The translations under genes and the position numbers were made by a program. Shown here in pieces: positions 12,039 to 25,839 of a DNA stretch of 64,000 nucleotides. Within the stretch, counting starts at the first letter, position 1. Every line of letters begins with the position of its first letter. Location of the stretch: contig OX597821.1 in assembly GCA_951406725.2 (NCBI GenBank), positions 104,904,001 to 104,968,000 on the forward strand, in the 5' to 3' direction. This DNA comes from Octopus vulgaris (lineage: Eukaryota). The notes beneath the pieces were generated by a model. The model was not told where the DNA came from. It was given only the letters and a program-made list of their open reading frames with translations, and made no database searches.

Positions 12039-12119
12039 CTGAAAAAAATTATCGATTTGTTTATGATAAGGTTGCATCCACAGCTGTGCTACCTTTTACC
12101 ACACATAGGTACACACACA

Positions 12120-12150
12120 TTTGCATTTATATGTATGTATGTCTATACAC

Positions 12151-12196
<46 letters not shown>

Positions 12197-12222
12197 ACCA
12201 TGTATGTGTTTGCATGTATATA

Positions 12223-12259
<37 letters not shown>

Positions 12260-12436
12260 TTATATATATATATGTATATTTGTATATATATTTATATATA
12301 TATATGTATATTTGTATATATATTCATATATATATGTATATTTATACATATATATATGTATGTATACATAAATAAATGCAAATATATATATATATATATA
12401 TATACATATGTGTGTGTATGTATATCTATGTATATC

Positions 12437-12505
<69 letters not shown>

Positions 12506-12530
12506 ACACATTTGCACATACTTATATATA
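12120..12530. repeat. (AT)n-rich compound microsatellite
   Basis: Read directly. Similar tracts near 15430, 30080, 31000, 34920, 40970, 44510, 50740, 51510, 52790, 54570, 56340 and 63000. Confidence 0.97.
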
Positions 12531-13203
12531 TGAAGGTGTATATATGTAGTAAGTGGAATTCAATATTTGTCTGAAAATATAATTATGCTACTTTATAGCA
12601 GACGTCATGTTGGCAATCTTCAGACTTGCAATACGTGTGATGTTTACATATTTTGTTGTTTGTGAAATGAAACTCTTATTTATCTACATATGCCTAATGG
12701 TCTTCATATTTGATAATGATGCAAAAGTTGCTTCTATACTTACAAAGTCATACATTAGCATGTGATATTATGTCATCTTTCGAATTCATAATTGCGATAA
12801 AAATAAGAGTTGACTTAAAACCATCTTGTTTCTAAACACACTTTCTCAACTACTATAATCCTGTAAGAAATATCTGAAACGCACACTGTCTATTTTGAAT
12901 ATATAATTTTAAATCATTTCAAAGTAAATGTTTGACTATTTCCCTGATGTTTTCTCTCTAAATATATGAAGGAGTTTAATGCTGTATTCGGCAGTGTCTG
13001 TAAGAAAATTTATTAATTAGTAATCATATACTTCACAAGTTGCAGAGGTTTCGAATAATGGATGCAATTTATATAAAATATTAGAGAGTACAGCTTGAAT
13101 ATAACGTTTACGATATGGAAATAGTTTTACAGAATATATATATTACATCGGCTGCCAATGTATTTACTATAGTTTGATGGCAGCAGTTAGTGTTTGCAGA
13201 ACA

Positions 13204-14276
13204 TGGTCAGAAATGTCTCAGCGAGCAGCTGCAGTCACTAGACATATCTGAGAGCAATACGCCGTTGTGGGCCTCAAGCTATGAATATAGTAATCAATTT
13301 TGATATTAGTTCTCTTGATGTCAGGGACGTGGTTCCACCGAAAATGTCACTTGGCGTTGTTGCTGGTTATCATAAATCATGTGTTTCGATGATACATTAT
13401 GGATATGCTTATATAATACTTATTTCGCAGCGTAAAATCTCAAAGAATATCTGCAGGTTACATGACCACTCTCCCTTGCGCTTAACTAGATTCATATACA
13501 ACACAGATCGCACTTTATGTTTAACATCAAATAGTATTTTAGCTGCGGATAATTCGAGCGCTAGCAGTTATATAACATCTCGAATTGGGTATCTATTGGA
13601 AAACTAAAATGTTCGAAAAAGAATAAAAATGTTCGGGAACATTCCCAGTCATTTTACATGCAACTAAGATCTAATTCTCCATGCCAAATAATATTCCGCT
13701 CATACTTATGAAAAGACTTTTCAAAAGAAGTGCAAAGCATACATCTAGTGTGACACAACCACATTTCAAAGCAGAGTGGTGCTAAGATGAATCAATGGAC
13801 TACTACTGCCGCATTCAACAGCAACTACTTTTCAGCATGAGACCCTATTTTCGATTCCTCCGAAGTATTCCTTAGTCATGAATCTTCCATGTGTAATCAA
13901 TAAGCCATGGTCTGTAACCACATTCTTTAATAGAGGATTCCCAAATTATGATCCTGTATATTGTAATACACTTGTATTTTTCAATAGCAGAGATAAAACC
14001 ATCACTACCCATATCCATAGTACAGCATCGAACCATTTGGCTCATAATAATCAGCATTACTGAAGCGCATGAAGCTAAGAGATGGAAACCACGAAATTGT
14101 GGTAGTCGTTAGGTTTTAAATGATACGGAGTAACTCTTCCGGTGAAATCACGTCCCTGACACCAAGTGGACCGATGGCTAAATTGTTCACCGTATTCAAA
14201 GCTTTAAGCCCACATAGGCGTATTGCTCTCTGATATGTCTAGTGACTGTAGCTGAGCACGGAGAACTTTTTGACCA
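13204..14276. mobile_element. Foldback structure: 148-bp inverted repeats around a ~780-bp spacer, probable DNA-transposon derivative
   Basis: 13204-13351 aligns ungapped to the reverse complement of 14129-14276 with 32 mismatches by manual count (about 78%). Confidence 0.75.
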
Positions 14277-14943
14277 ATGACAGGAAATAATGTTACTTGA
14301 CTGATCGACTCAAATCAATCGAAATTTCCCTCCTCCAAACATATATTCTCTGTACTATCTGCAGTTATTAGAGCTGCAGTAAAGGTCTCTACTTAATGCA
14401 GCCAAATTCGTACGTACTGCTGGTCTCATATCAATAATCCGCTGGTCACATCACACATCAACCATTTCTTCATATCCCACTGGTCTCATATCAATACTTT
14501 CTTTCAGTTATTTCTCATCACAATGTTGGCCATTTAGATGGAATCCTCTATTTGTGTCGTAAGTACTTATTTACATGTGTTCATTCAAGACGGACATAAA
14601 TCATATATCCATGTCTTTCAGAAGGTTCCAAGAACGTCATGTCAAATGTCACATTTTACAGACGCAGCATGATGCAGTATAAGATTGGTAAGACTCGAAA
14701 TAGATATAACTATAAATAATTACGTTTGAATGATGTGGTAACAATTTGCCATAAGAATAACAATACTGCAGTGGAATTGTAACAAGGCCAAGGGCCAATT
14801 GAATTTTCTTCTTCTTAATTTCAAGCGTATTCGTTTATGCATTCCACAGACATTGAAATCGTTAACATGGTTTTCACAGGCATCATCACGAGACTGTTTT
14901 ATCTCTCTCTATCATTCTCTCACACACATTATCTATCTATTAC

Positions 14944-14987
<44 letters not shown>

Positions 14988-15155
14988 CATACAAATTTAT
15001 ATATATATATGTATTTGTATGAATATAAGTATACATATTTAAGTACACACGTAGTCCAACACATACGTACAAACTCTTACACTCACATATATACCCCTGT
15101 TTCCTGAACGCAATTTATATATATACACGTTAGCATACAAACTCACAGTATACAC

Positions 15156-15200
<45 letters not shown>

Positions 15201-15358
15201 ATGTAGGATAAACTTTAAAAAAAAAACATTTTATCATTGGCCATCATATTAAAAAATACATTTAACGGTTAAAATTATAAACAACTTATAAGTAAGGGCA
15301 AACAAAAACACTTCAAATGCCAAATATGCCGAAAATTGGACGTATTGTCCATAACCAT

Positions 15359-15415
15359 ATAATTTTTCACAATACGCACGCTACTCGAAGTAGCGTGCGT
15401 ATTGTGAAAAATTAT
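15359..15415. repeat. Perfect 26-bp inverted repeat with 5-nt loop
   Basis: ATAATTTTTCACAATACGCACGCTAC tcgaa GTAGCGTGCGTATTGTGAAAAATTAT. Confidence 0.95.
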
Positions 15416-15424
15416 TTATAAGTT

Positions 15425-15524
<100 letters not shown>

Positions 15525-15890
15525 ATGTATACATACATATATACATATATCGCTAATGAAAGTCCGAAGATGGATTATAGGACAATTTTCTTTTTCAATC
15601 ACGACAGTTATTTCGACACATCTAGCATCACGGTTGTAATATGTCACAACTGGTTCAGGAGCATCCTGCAGGAGAGATATGTCTCATCAGGTGATAAATA
15701 AATACAATTCGTTAGAATAAGATTTACATAATGCACTTATCTCACTAAGAAAAAAGAAAAGCGGCAAAACGAGTGAAAGTATCTTCATTCACACCGATTC
15801 TAATTAAAAAAACTGATGAAAAAATATATGTGAAATCAAACACACATACACACACACGCAAGATGTGTGTGTGTGTGTCGTGAGATCGTG

Positions 15891-16626
15891 AGTGAGTTGT
15901 CTCGCTTGTCTATGTCTTACTATCAGGTGTTTGTTAAAACCGGGCGCAAGGAGAATGCATTTTCTTAGACCTAAAGCGCAGCCGAACCACGATCTAACAA
16001 CACATACACCTTGTATACGTGTGTTCGATTTTGTTTATATACATCGAGCAGCTTCTAATTCCTATACTAATTTTTTTTCTTGTCCGTGGCATAAAATATT
16101 TGCGCGAGTCAGGAAATGATTTTTAATACATTTAGCCAGGTCGGCTAGGTGAAGATCTTCCTAGCTAGCATCTGTCTTTACGTTATGCGGCATTGAAAAT
16201 CCTAGTAGTGATGAAACAACGATGTCTGTCGCTCCGAGTGAGGACCCGGAATGAGTTCTCTCGTTTGCCTATGACTTACTCTCTGGCGTTTTCTTCCGTG
16301 GAATGAAACTTTGGGACGTGTCAGCGAATGATTTTCAAGCCATGTGGCATAGTCGGCGATATAGCATAGAGCAGGCGTTATCCGTTGGGCAGCCTTGAAA
16401 AGTTACAACAATGACACAACATTGATATCAGTTGCTTCGTGAAAAGATCCGGTTTGTGACGTCGACCTTACCTATGACTTAATTTCTGGCGTTTTTAGAA
16501 ACATGCTTACAGAGAATATATTTTCTATTACACCTAAATCGCAGCCGAACCGCGAACTGATAATAGACACTCACCTTGTGTATATCTGGTCGATCGTGTC
16601 TATATACCTCGATCTGCTTCTAATTT
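15891..16626. repeat. Diverged ~165-bp direct repeats plus a partial third copy
   Basis: About 15900-16060 and 16465-16626 share CCTAAA.CGCAGCCGAACC.CGA, CACCTTGT and GCTTCTAATT. The unit start recurs near 16252. Confidence 0.7.
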
Positions 16627-17217
16627 ATATTTGAAAACACACACACACACGCACACACACGCACTCACACACACAGGAGCACAGGCACACACACAGACAT
16701 ACAGACACACCCACATACACTCACATACATAGGTATAAATAATCATGTGTTTACGGGCTGCGTTCTCTCATTCCTGCGTATGATCTTACAGATATGTAGA
16801 CCATTTCATTCGATTCCACTTCAATTTTGAATCTATTTAAATGTTTTTCAGACAAATTTCTAAAATAAATCTACTTCACATAATTGACAGATATATTGTT
16901 TATAGAAAAGTGACTTTTACCTCGCTCTTAGATAATGAATATATTCATCATATATGAAGCACATTTATTTTGTGAATAGAGACGTCATTATTTTATGACA
17001 GAAAGAAAAATGCTTTATTTAAAAAAAAACAAATTTCTTATTTCATTCAGAAAGATTTTATTATTTATTTTATTTTGCTTTTGTTAATCTCTTTCTTATC
17101 CTTTCCCTCCCTCATTCTTTCTAGCTGTTCCTGCATACACGACTCTCTGACTGTTAACTATATATATATATATATACATGTTAATGTATATATATATATA
17201 TATATATATACATGTTA

Positions 17218-17257
<40 letters not shown>

Positions 17258-17879
17258 GTTAATGTATGTAGGTAGGTAGGTATGCATATATACATGTATA
17301 TGTAGGCATGCATGTATATGCATATATACACTCACACACATGCACGCACACACGTGTGTGTGTGTGCGTAAGTATAAGATATACGTGGTTTTTATCGGAA
17401 TGGGAATGTGTCTATTTTCGATTAAATCATCTTTAAAAATTTCTTTCTTTGAGTTAATAATTATCAATGACAAAATCTCTACTATTAGTATGATTTTAAT
17501 CAACTAATATCATTTATTTTTGCAATCAACGAAAATAATGCGATATTATTCACCATTTAGCTGCTAGGTATTCCAGTTGTCTGTCTCTTATATTCCCAGC
17601 TGTAAATGTGAATTATTTCTTACGTAAATGACTGATAACTTGGTAATGTTCCAAGTTTCCTTTCCAAATACAAAACTAGAATTGACATGTTGTCTTTTAT
17701 AAATATGTAATTTTGAGTTCGTATATCGAGAACATACGGCTATATATATATTTTCCACTCTATTCAGCCATTCGGCGTTACAGTAAATTTAAATCTTGCA
17801 TATCAGTCTTTAAGATATAAATATTAAGGGTAATATTTTTTTCAGGTTTTAGCACAAAGGTAGCAATTACACCGACCGT

Positions 17880-18030
17880 AGTTGTCAACAGGTACTTAAT
17901 TTATCGACCCCAAAAAGATGAAATGCATAGCTATCATCAGCAGAATGTGAACCGGAAACATAATGATAGAAAGATGTGACGCTGAACATATTGTCCGGCT
18001 TGGTAACAATTCTGGTATCACGCCAACTTG
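17880..18030 (-). mobile_element. SINE family A, diverged
   Basis: GGTACTTAATTTATCGACCCC..GATGAAA. Confidence 0.65.
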
Positions 18031-18065
18031 ATAATGATTATGGTAATAATAACAATAATAATATT

Positions 18066-18619
18066 ATGCCCCGATGCAGCACCATGCCCTGATGCAGTAC
18101 CATGGAGTTGCTCTCATGGCTTCGGAACTTAAAGGATTGGAAGTGTCATCATATACATTGTTTTGCCTAGGTATAGAAGACGGGCGACAGCAAATATTCC
18201 GATCAGTACCACAGATTTGCTTTCAGTTGTTTGACCTTAACCAGTTGAGCTAAAGATATGTGCATCTCTGATCATGAGCAGAAGTAGTGGGGGAGCATCA
18301 TAGCCGTGTGTTGAGAGGGATTCTTTGGGGTTTGGATGATTCACATTTGGAAACATCTGTGTTTCGTTCACCATCCTTAAACAACCCTTATTCAAGGACA
18401 TTTTGAGCGGAATGGGATACTCAGACTGAATAAAATTCTAACCGGGCCCCACCTGTAAGGTCATGCGCTGTTTATCTTGATAGGAGTTCGTCATTTCGCG
18501 CACATATGTTTGTGATGCATGTGCCTGATGCACTCTTATCAGACGGGTAGACGTGACGGGTATACTGGGTTTCCTATATTTTAACCCACTGTCACTTTGT
18601 TGGCATGCGCTGTTCTCTC
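18066..18619 (+). mobile_element. ~575 bp (AAT)n-embedded element, copy 2
   Basis: Same start and near-identical end point as 2734-3307; AAT-type repeats on both sides. Confidence 0.85.
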
Positions 18620-18633
18620 AAATAATGATAAGA

Positions 18634-18674
<41 letters not shown>

Positions 18675-19009
18675 TAATAATAACAACAACAACAACATCA
18701 AAAACAAAAACAACAACAACAACAATATTAATGATAATAATAATAATGACGATGACTAATTTCTTTGTTTATCACAAAGTGCTTCCATTAACAAAAACAT
18801 TAAACATGACAGAAAACGAAACATTAAATGTATGCGTGTGTGTGTCTGTGTGTGTCAGTGTCTGTGTGTACTATTCAGTGTACTTGTTGGCGAGATACCA
18901 GTATACCAGGTTACTAAAAAAACAAAAAAACAAAACAAAACAAAAGTCAATGCGTCAGTAATAAAATTTAAACTGTGAGTATCCTTTCTCCTATATTTGT
19001 TTTGTGTCG

Positions 19010-19470
19010 GGATAAGTCGATTATATCGACCTCAATACTCAGCGGGTACTTATTTTATAGACCCCAGAAGTATGAAAAGTTTATATCGTTCTTGTCTGAA
19101 TCTGAATTCAGAAGGCAAAAAGATACAAAAAAACTGTTCTTCGCATTTTGTCCGGCATGCTAACGATTTTGCTAACTCACCCACTTTGATTTCAAATTCG
19201 GGCACGGGGCCAGCGTTTTGCGTGGGTTTCTGGAAATCCATTACATCTTTTCGAATGCACTTTCGATTCTTAATTCATGGATCCCAAAATCATGAAAGGG
19301 AAAAATCACTATTAACAACGGCAGCAATTTTGGCGGCGGGATGAGTCGATTACACTGAAAGGATGAAAGATAACATCAACTGCGACGGAATTTGAACTCA
19401 GAGTTTAGTGAAAAGCGAAATACCGTTAAGCATTTCGTCCGGCGCGCTACCAATTTTGCCAGCTCACGGT
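19010..19470 (-). mobile_element. Two diverged SINE family A copies (about 19010-19185 and 19330-19470)
   Basis: AAGTCGATTATATCGACC, GGAATTTGAACTCAGA, TTTTGCCAGCTCAC. Confidence 0.65.
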
Positions 19471-20221
19471 CTTATTCTTAACAGTAATAAAGGTAACAAC
19501 TGCGACGACGACGACGACAACAACAGCAACAAAAACAAGAACAACAACAATAATCATTTCTTCTACAGGTACAATGCCTGATATTTGGCGGGGAAGGAAC
19601 TCCAGTATTTCACTGGTACTTAATTTACGGCTGGACTGAAACACATCATGCATTGTATATAAATAGACAATGTTTATATATTACAATAAGTAATTCTATG
19701 ATAAAGGACATTATTAATAAAGCAAAAAGAAATTAAAAGGAAGAACTTGCCGTCACGTATTTCCTAATTTCACACCCAACTGTTATAATCTAGATTATAT
19801 AGCTAGAAATGATCATTGAGAATTATCGCATTCTCTGGGACATGACCATACAGGCTTACAAGGAGTTAAATGGTAATAATCTCTCAAATTGTTACGAAGA
19901 ACGTAAAGACAGTATGTGTATACATATATGAGTAGATTTGCATTGCCTTACGATAGAAACACTACCATGAATACCGGAGACAATCTGGACAGGATTCAGA
20001 ATGTAATGACTGGTATGAAATTAGGACTCTTGAAGTGTGGAATTGAAAAGTTCATCAGCTGTGTCACCGCCAACATCTTTAAATATGCAGCCCAAAATTA
20101 CAATACTTGCAACAGCTTACATACTACGAAGAGAAACTCGAAGAGGTCCAGCAACTAAATTATATCTTCACTACAAGAGAGCAGTTTGAATCAGCCTCAA
20201 TAGGATATTAATAAAGGTATC

Positions 20222-20533
20222 TTATTTATTTATTGCCCACAAGGAGCTAGACACAGAGAGGACAAACAAGGACAGACAAACGGATTAAGTCGATTATATT
20301 GACCCCAGTGCGTAACAGGTACTTATTTAATCGACCCCGAAAGAATGAAAGGCAAAGTCGACCTCGGCGGAATTTGAACTCAGAACGTAGCGGCAGACGA
20401 AATACCTATTTATTTACTACCCACAAGGAGCTAAACACAGAGAGGAGAAACAAGGACAGACAAACGGATTAAGTCGATTACATCGAACCCAGTGCGTAAC
20501 TGGTACTTATTTAATCGAACCCAACTCGCTGCC
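20222..20533 (-). mobile_element. SINE family A tandem dimer (first unit internally deleted) with TSD
   Basis: Units join at GACGAAATAC|CTATT near 20405. TAATAAAGGTATCT flanks both ends. Confidence 0.88.
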
Positions 20534-21654
20534 AAAATAATAAAGGTATCTAGAAGAGGAACAGCAACACAACTGCAATAATGTATTTATATCTAAATTC
20601 TGTACAATATATGAACCTCTAAAGATATTTACAACGATGACTTTAGATGTGGTGATTGAAATGAAGTGGAAATAGTCTAGTAGCCACACCGTAAACAGCA
20701 AATAACACGTGTAGAATATTTTTGTTGGTCAGTTTTAAGCTATTTGTGTTTTGTTTGAAATTCACTAATAATCAACTGCTAACCAGGAAGGGTTGGATCC
20801 TAAATTGATATTTACAAGAACAGCTTAAAAATGCAGAACATTAAAAGTCATCCTGATTAGCGTATAAAAAATTTCTCCGCGAAATATCAATTTATATAAT
20901 ATATATTTTTATACAACAAAGTGATACACAATACGAAAACGCTACATTAAATGTGGTAATCGAAATGGCGTGTAAATAAGCGTTGCTCCCGTTAGTAAAT
21001 TGACAGATGTTGGAGGATATTCTTATAGATTACTTTCGCAACAACGTTTCCATTTGATAGAAGACGTACCGCATAAAATATTGTGTATGGAATCATTAAA
21101 ACCAATACTGCAAGTATGTCGGCAGAAAATTCCAGCATACTGAGGGCACTGATTTGGAAAATGCATGCTACAGAAGACAGCATGTATAAATTCTATACAA
21201 GGGAAGGAAGCAGAAATAATTAATTTGCTGAAAATGCGAAATCTGACGGTGCGTGTTAAGGAGATTGCACGCATATTTAGGATTGTACAAAATTTGGGAA
21301 AATACTAAAACGAATATCTTCTACAGTGATTCTGGAATCAAGATGATTGATTTTATAGCCGGAGGCTCATAAGTTCATAAGGTGTTTAAGATGAAGTAAG
21401 CAATAATGTCAGATATTGTGTACATTTATTACCTTGAGAATGTTGTTAACGGAGAAAGAATCACCTTAACAACTCCATAAAGTTATGCTGATTCCATCTA
21501 CGAGTGTTCTTTCATGACCATTACAAGGATATGAAGAAAATGTGACTTTGATAGGAAGAAATTATGCTGTTCTATATACTGCATAAATCGTACCGTAGCA
21601 TAGAAAGCTGGTATCATATAAATAGAGATCCTATGAGACTCCTATCATTCCTCT

Positions 21655-21744
21655 GCCACTTTGGGCAAGTGAATTCTACTATAGCCTCGGGCCGATCAAA
21701 GCCTTGTGAATGAACCTGGTAGATGGAAACTGAAAGAATCCCGT

Positions 21745-21809
<65 letters not shown>

Positions 21810-22010
21810 TTGTGTGTCTGTGTTTGTCTCCACCAACATCGCTTCACAACCGATTTTGGTGTGTTTACATCCTCGTAACTTAGCGGTTCGGCAAAACAGA
21901 CCGATAGGCTTACAAAGAGTAAGTCCTGGCGTCGATTTGCTGGACTAAATGCGGTGCTCCAGCATGGCCGCAATCAAATGACTGAAACAAATACAAGAAT
22001 AGAAGAATAA
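21655..22010 (+). mobile_element. SINE family B (CORE-like domain, internal microsatellite), head missing
   Basis: TTGGGCAAGTG..CTATAGCCTCGGG, internal (AT)n(GT)n, tail GCGGTGCTCCAGCATGGCCGCA.TCAAATGACTGAAACAA. Confidence 0.88.
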
Positions 22011-23179
22011 AGGAATGCATCGTCTTATTCTTCTATGTACGATGCTTTCCATTGTTTTCCGATTCTTCTGTCAGATACATTTTCCTCATTTCCGATTTCT
22101 TAAGGTGGGAAAGGTTAACTCTTTCATCGAATACTAACATTGCCCATATCTTAATGTGTATTATTAACTCTTTCACTTCAAATATTTTCTTGCATCTCTC
22201 TGAATTCAACCATACGTACTTCTAAAAACCTATCCATAATTTAATTCTACTTCGACACTTCAGCCTTCAATACTCTCATGAAGATTGACTAAACCTTTTC
22301 TACATATTTTATTAGAATTTTATCTAAGTGCAGAAAACTTTTTCGCTTAATCAAAACACCTGTAATAAAACTCTCCATGATATTTGTGCGGCAATATCAA
22401 CTGATTGTATGGAAACTACCAGTTACTTTTGGACTGAGGAATGAAGTAATCCAACTATAAATAATTAAAGAGTCCTCCATAACACTTTGTTAAAGGTTAT
22501 TTTGGTTTGCTCTTTCATAATACTGATGACAGCAGCTATGGATGTATATACGGACAGAACTCAGGCTAATTTCCTAGGGGAAATAACTCAATCTCAATTT
22601 AACGTTGAGATTTTGACAAGCTGTCTCGACTCAGAAATTTTCAATCTAGTTTCATTAAAGTTTCATAGAATTCCATAGGAGTCAAATATATTTAACCCTT
22701 CTAAATTCCTAGAATTTTGGCAGTGTGCGATATTTCATTTGCTTCAGGTTCTTTCCTGTTTAAAATTTCCGTATGATAGATTACTTAGCAAAATACAATT
22801 TCGGTAACGGAGGGATTACAGGCTGCCCAAAATCTACTCAGAAAATCTGTTTTATTTTTCGTATCATGCCAATTAGCTATAAAAGCGCTTTGGCATTTCT
22901 CCACCAAACATAAATAAATAGAAGGCTTATACTAATTTAAGTGCATAATAGTACTTGGTTTCTCGTCTGTAATTTCGTCGTTCTGCGTTGACACGGCTCT
23001 TCATTTTACCATTCATCATGTTACACCAACGGTCATCCAGAATATATTAGGTGTCTGAACGCACGCGGATAAACTTTGAACAGAGAATTACTGAAGCCCA
23101 TCGCATTTCAATAATTCTTATGATTTCATTGATTTTTCTTTTTTTTATTCATAATATATATGCATTCTTACTCTCAGGT

Positions 23180-23490
23180 AAGCCCAGTTGTAAGAGCATT
23201 GGGTTAACAAGCATGAGGTAGTGAGTTCTATCACCGGACCGGGCTGTGTTTTGCGTTCTTGAGAAAATACTTTATTCTATGTTGCTCCACTCAGCAGTAG
23301 AACCACATGCAGGGTCACTTGCGCAAAGCTGTGTCGGCCATGTTCTTTCTCTTGCAAAACATCGGTGGCGTACAGAGGGGAGATAGGCATGCATGGGCGA
23401 CTGCGGGTCTTCCATTAACAACCTTGCCTGGACTCGTACCTTGGAAGGGAACATTCTAGATGCAATACCATGGTCATTCGAGACCCTTTA
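23180..23490 (+). mobile_element. SINE family C, diverged
   Basis: Homologous to 60939-61270. Confidence 0.75.
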
Positions 23491-24476
23491 CTTTCTCATA
23501 TTTCCCCAAAACATTCAATATCAATATTTTTTGACTGGTGTTCTAAATGCTCAAGTAGAATATTTTGAAATGACTACAACTGAAAATTATATATATCCTT
23601 ACAATCAGAATTTCTTTGCCATTCAGGTAACGCGGAACATTTAAAGAGAAAGCATTTAACATTTGTAGAAAATGTTAGAAAAGACAAGATTAGAAAAAGA
23701 GTAGAAAAGAGAAGTGAGATTCATTCTCTATCATAAAGACTCCCAATTTTGTGCCTAATATATAATTTGAATTCAAGGATGGAGATGGAGAGAGTATTCG
23801 TGAGAAGTAGTATTATATTTATATTTCGGTTCTCACTTAAAATAAGTGGTTTCCTGCATTCCAATGTGAAGAATTAAAGATTTTTTCGAAATATGGGGTG
23901 GACAGTTTTATAAAGAAATTATCCAGTAGAGTTTGTGTAAAGTGTATTGTATTATTTTCTTGGGTGATGTTGGTGGGTCATCAGTTTATTATAAGTTCGT
24001 GACAAGATTGAGATACACTGCATTCCGTATGATTTTTCATAGCCGGTGTCTAGTATTAAGCAACGACCACTACCTAACTGGCAATAATTTCGTTTAAGCA
24101 GTAACGTATCCATATTTGATGCTTTCGAAGATTCGAATATGTATACTTGATCGCTGGTATTTAATTCTAGTAACATAAATCTTCCTCACTTTAGAGCATG
24201 TGCCTTCATAAGACACGCAATTCACCGGTCCCGGTATGAACCGCTGAAAGTATTTTGATTCTACATAGGCCACCTATTCTTCTCCACAGTTGGGATGCTA
24301 TTATTTTGCAAATAAACAAACTATGATGCAAAATACAGATATTAACACATTATTTGAATAAAAGATTATTAGTTCCTTTTAGATATTAGTATTTATTTTA
24401 AATGAAAAATTTATAATTAGCAATATGTTAGCTGTTCAGTTAGCCGTTGTTTCGTAATACACTAAATGGTGTTACT

Positions 24477-24973
24477 TATTTCTCTATTGACACAAGGGAC
24501 TAAACATTATATCGACCCCAGTGCATAACTGGTAACGTAGCGGCAGACGAAATACCTATTTCTTTACTATCCACCAGGGGCTAAACACAGAGGGGTCAAA
24601 CAAGGACAGACAGACGGATTAAGTCGATTACATCGACACCAGTGTGAAACTGCTACTTAATTTATCGACCCCCGAAAGGAGGAAAGGCAAATTCGAACTC
24701 GGCGGAATTTGAACTCAGAACGTAACGGCAGACGAAATACCTATTTCTTTACTACCCACAGGGGGCTAAACACAGTGGAGACAAACAAGGACAAGCAGAC
24801 GGATTAAATCGATTATATCGACTCCACTACGTAACTGGTACTTATTTAATCGACCTTGAAATTATGAAAAGCAAAGTCGACCTCGGCTGAATTTGAACTC
24901 AGAAGGTAACAGCGGACGAAATATGGCTACGCATTTCGCCCGGCGTGCTAACGTTTCTGCCAGCTCGCCGCCT
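24477..24973 (-). mobile_element. SINE family A tandem trimer with TSD
   Basis: C(G/A)GC(A/G)GACGAAATA recurs at 24541, 24726 and 24910. CACTAAATG(G)TGTTACT on both flanks. Confidence 0.9.
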
Positions 24974-25408
24974 CACTAAATGTGTTACTGCATCTACGTG
25001 TAACCTGCTTAGGTGTTTGAATCGTACATTCATTACTCTGCCAATTGCAGCTGTTTGTAATCATAACGGAATTTTTGAGTTACCCTGTCTCGCAAACAAA
25101 TACCTTAGTGGCATATTTGCATGTATTCATGTTCCAATCTAATGTATTTTCAGTATTCTCTTTGGCGTTTTTGTTCTCTATATTTCCCTATTGGAATTGG
25201 ATACATGTCAATAGTTTTGAAATATTTAATCTTCCTGTTTTTCTATAGATATCGATATTTCTGTGGACATATTCCTATTCCTTTCAAATATCAATCACAC
25301 GCACACGCATGTCTACGTATGTATGTATGTATGTATGTATGTATGTATGTATTTATGTATGTATGTATGTATCTATCTATCTGTCTGTCTGTCTGTCTGT
25401 CTCTCTCA

Positions 25409-25469
<61 letters not shown>

Positions 25470-25559
25470 ATGTAAAAAATAAATATCACTGAAGCAAAAT
25501 AACACCAAATATATAGTGCGTGTGTTTTTATTGGCTAAACTGGCAATATGACCATTCCG

Positions 25560-25609
<50 letters not shown>

Positions 25610-25611
<2 letters not shown>

Positions 25612-25820
25612 AATCTAAACATGAAACCATAAGGAGAAAACAACAACGCGAGGACGTGGAACAAGTATAGTATTATTGGACGCTCAAGAAAGAAGGTAAG
25701 GATGAGGGTCTAACGTTTCGAGCGGAGCACTTCGTCAGAAACATAGGAAAAGGAAAGATCCAAAGAAGGGAAGACGGAGGGAAAAAAAATCGCCAACGGT
25801 ACACACGCGGTCACATTTTG
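25610..25820 (-). mobile_element. Penelope-like terminal-repeat fragment between (AT)n tracts
   Basis: Contains a minimal hammerhead motif; assignment rests on the known association of such motifs with Penelope-like elements. Confidence 0.6.
25705..25745 (-). ncRNA. Minimal type I hammerhead ribozyme motif
   Basis: Reverse complement TTT-CTGACGA-AGTGCTCCGCTC-GAAACGTTA: CUGANGA and GAAA boxes with a short, imperfect stem II. Confidence 0.65.
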
Positions 25821-25839
25821 CTATATATGTATATATACA

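Noticed and set aside
20950-21620. Possible decayed transposase
   Set aside because: Coding-like texture but no motif I can assign.
24477-24973. CRISPR-like array (also 45553-45650)
   Set aside because: Whole units repeat with no unique spacers, no cas genes, and the context is eukaryotic.
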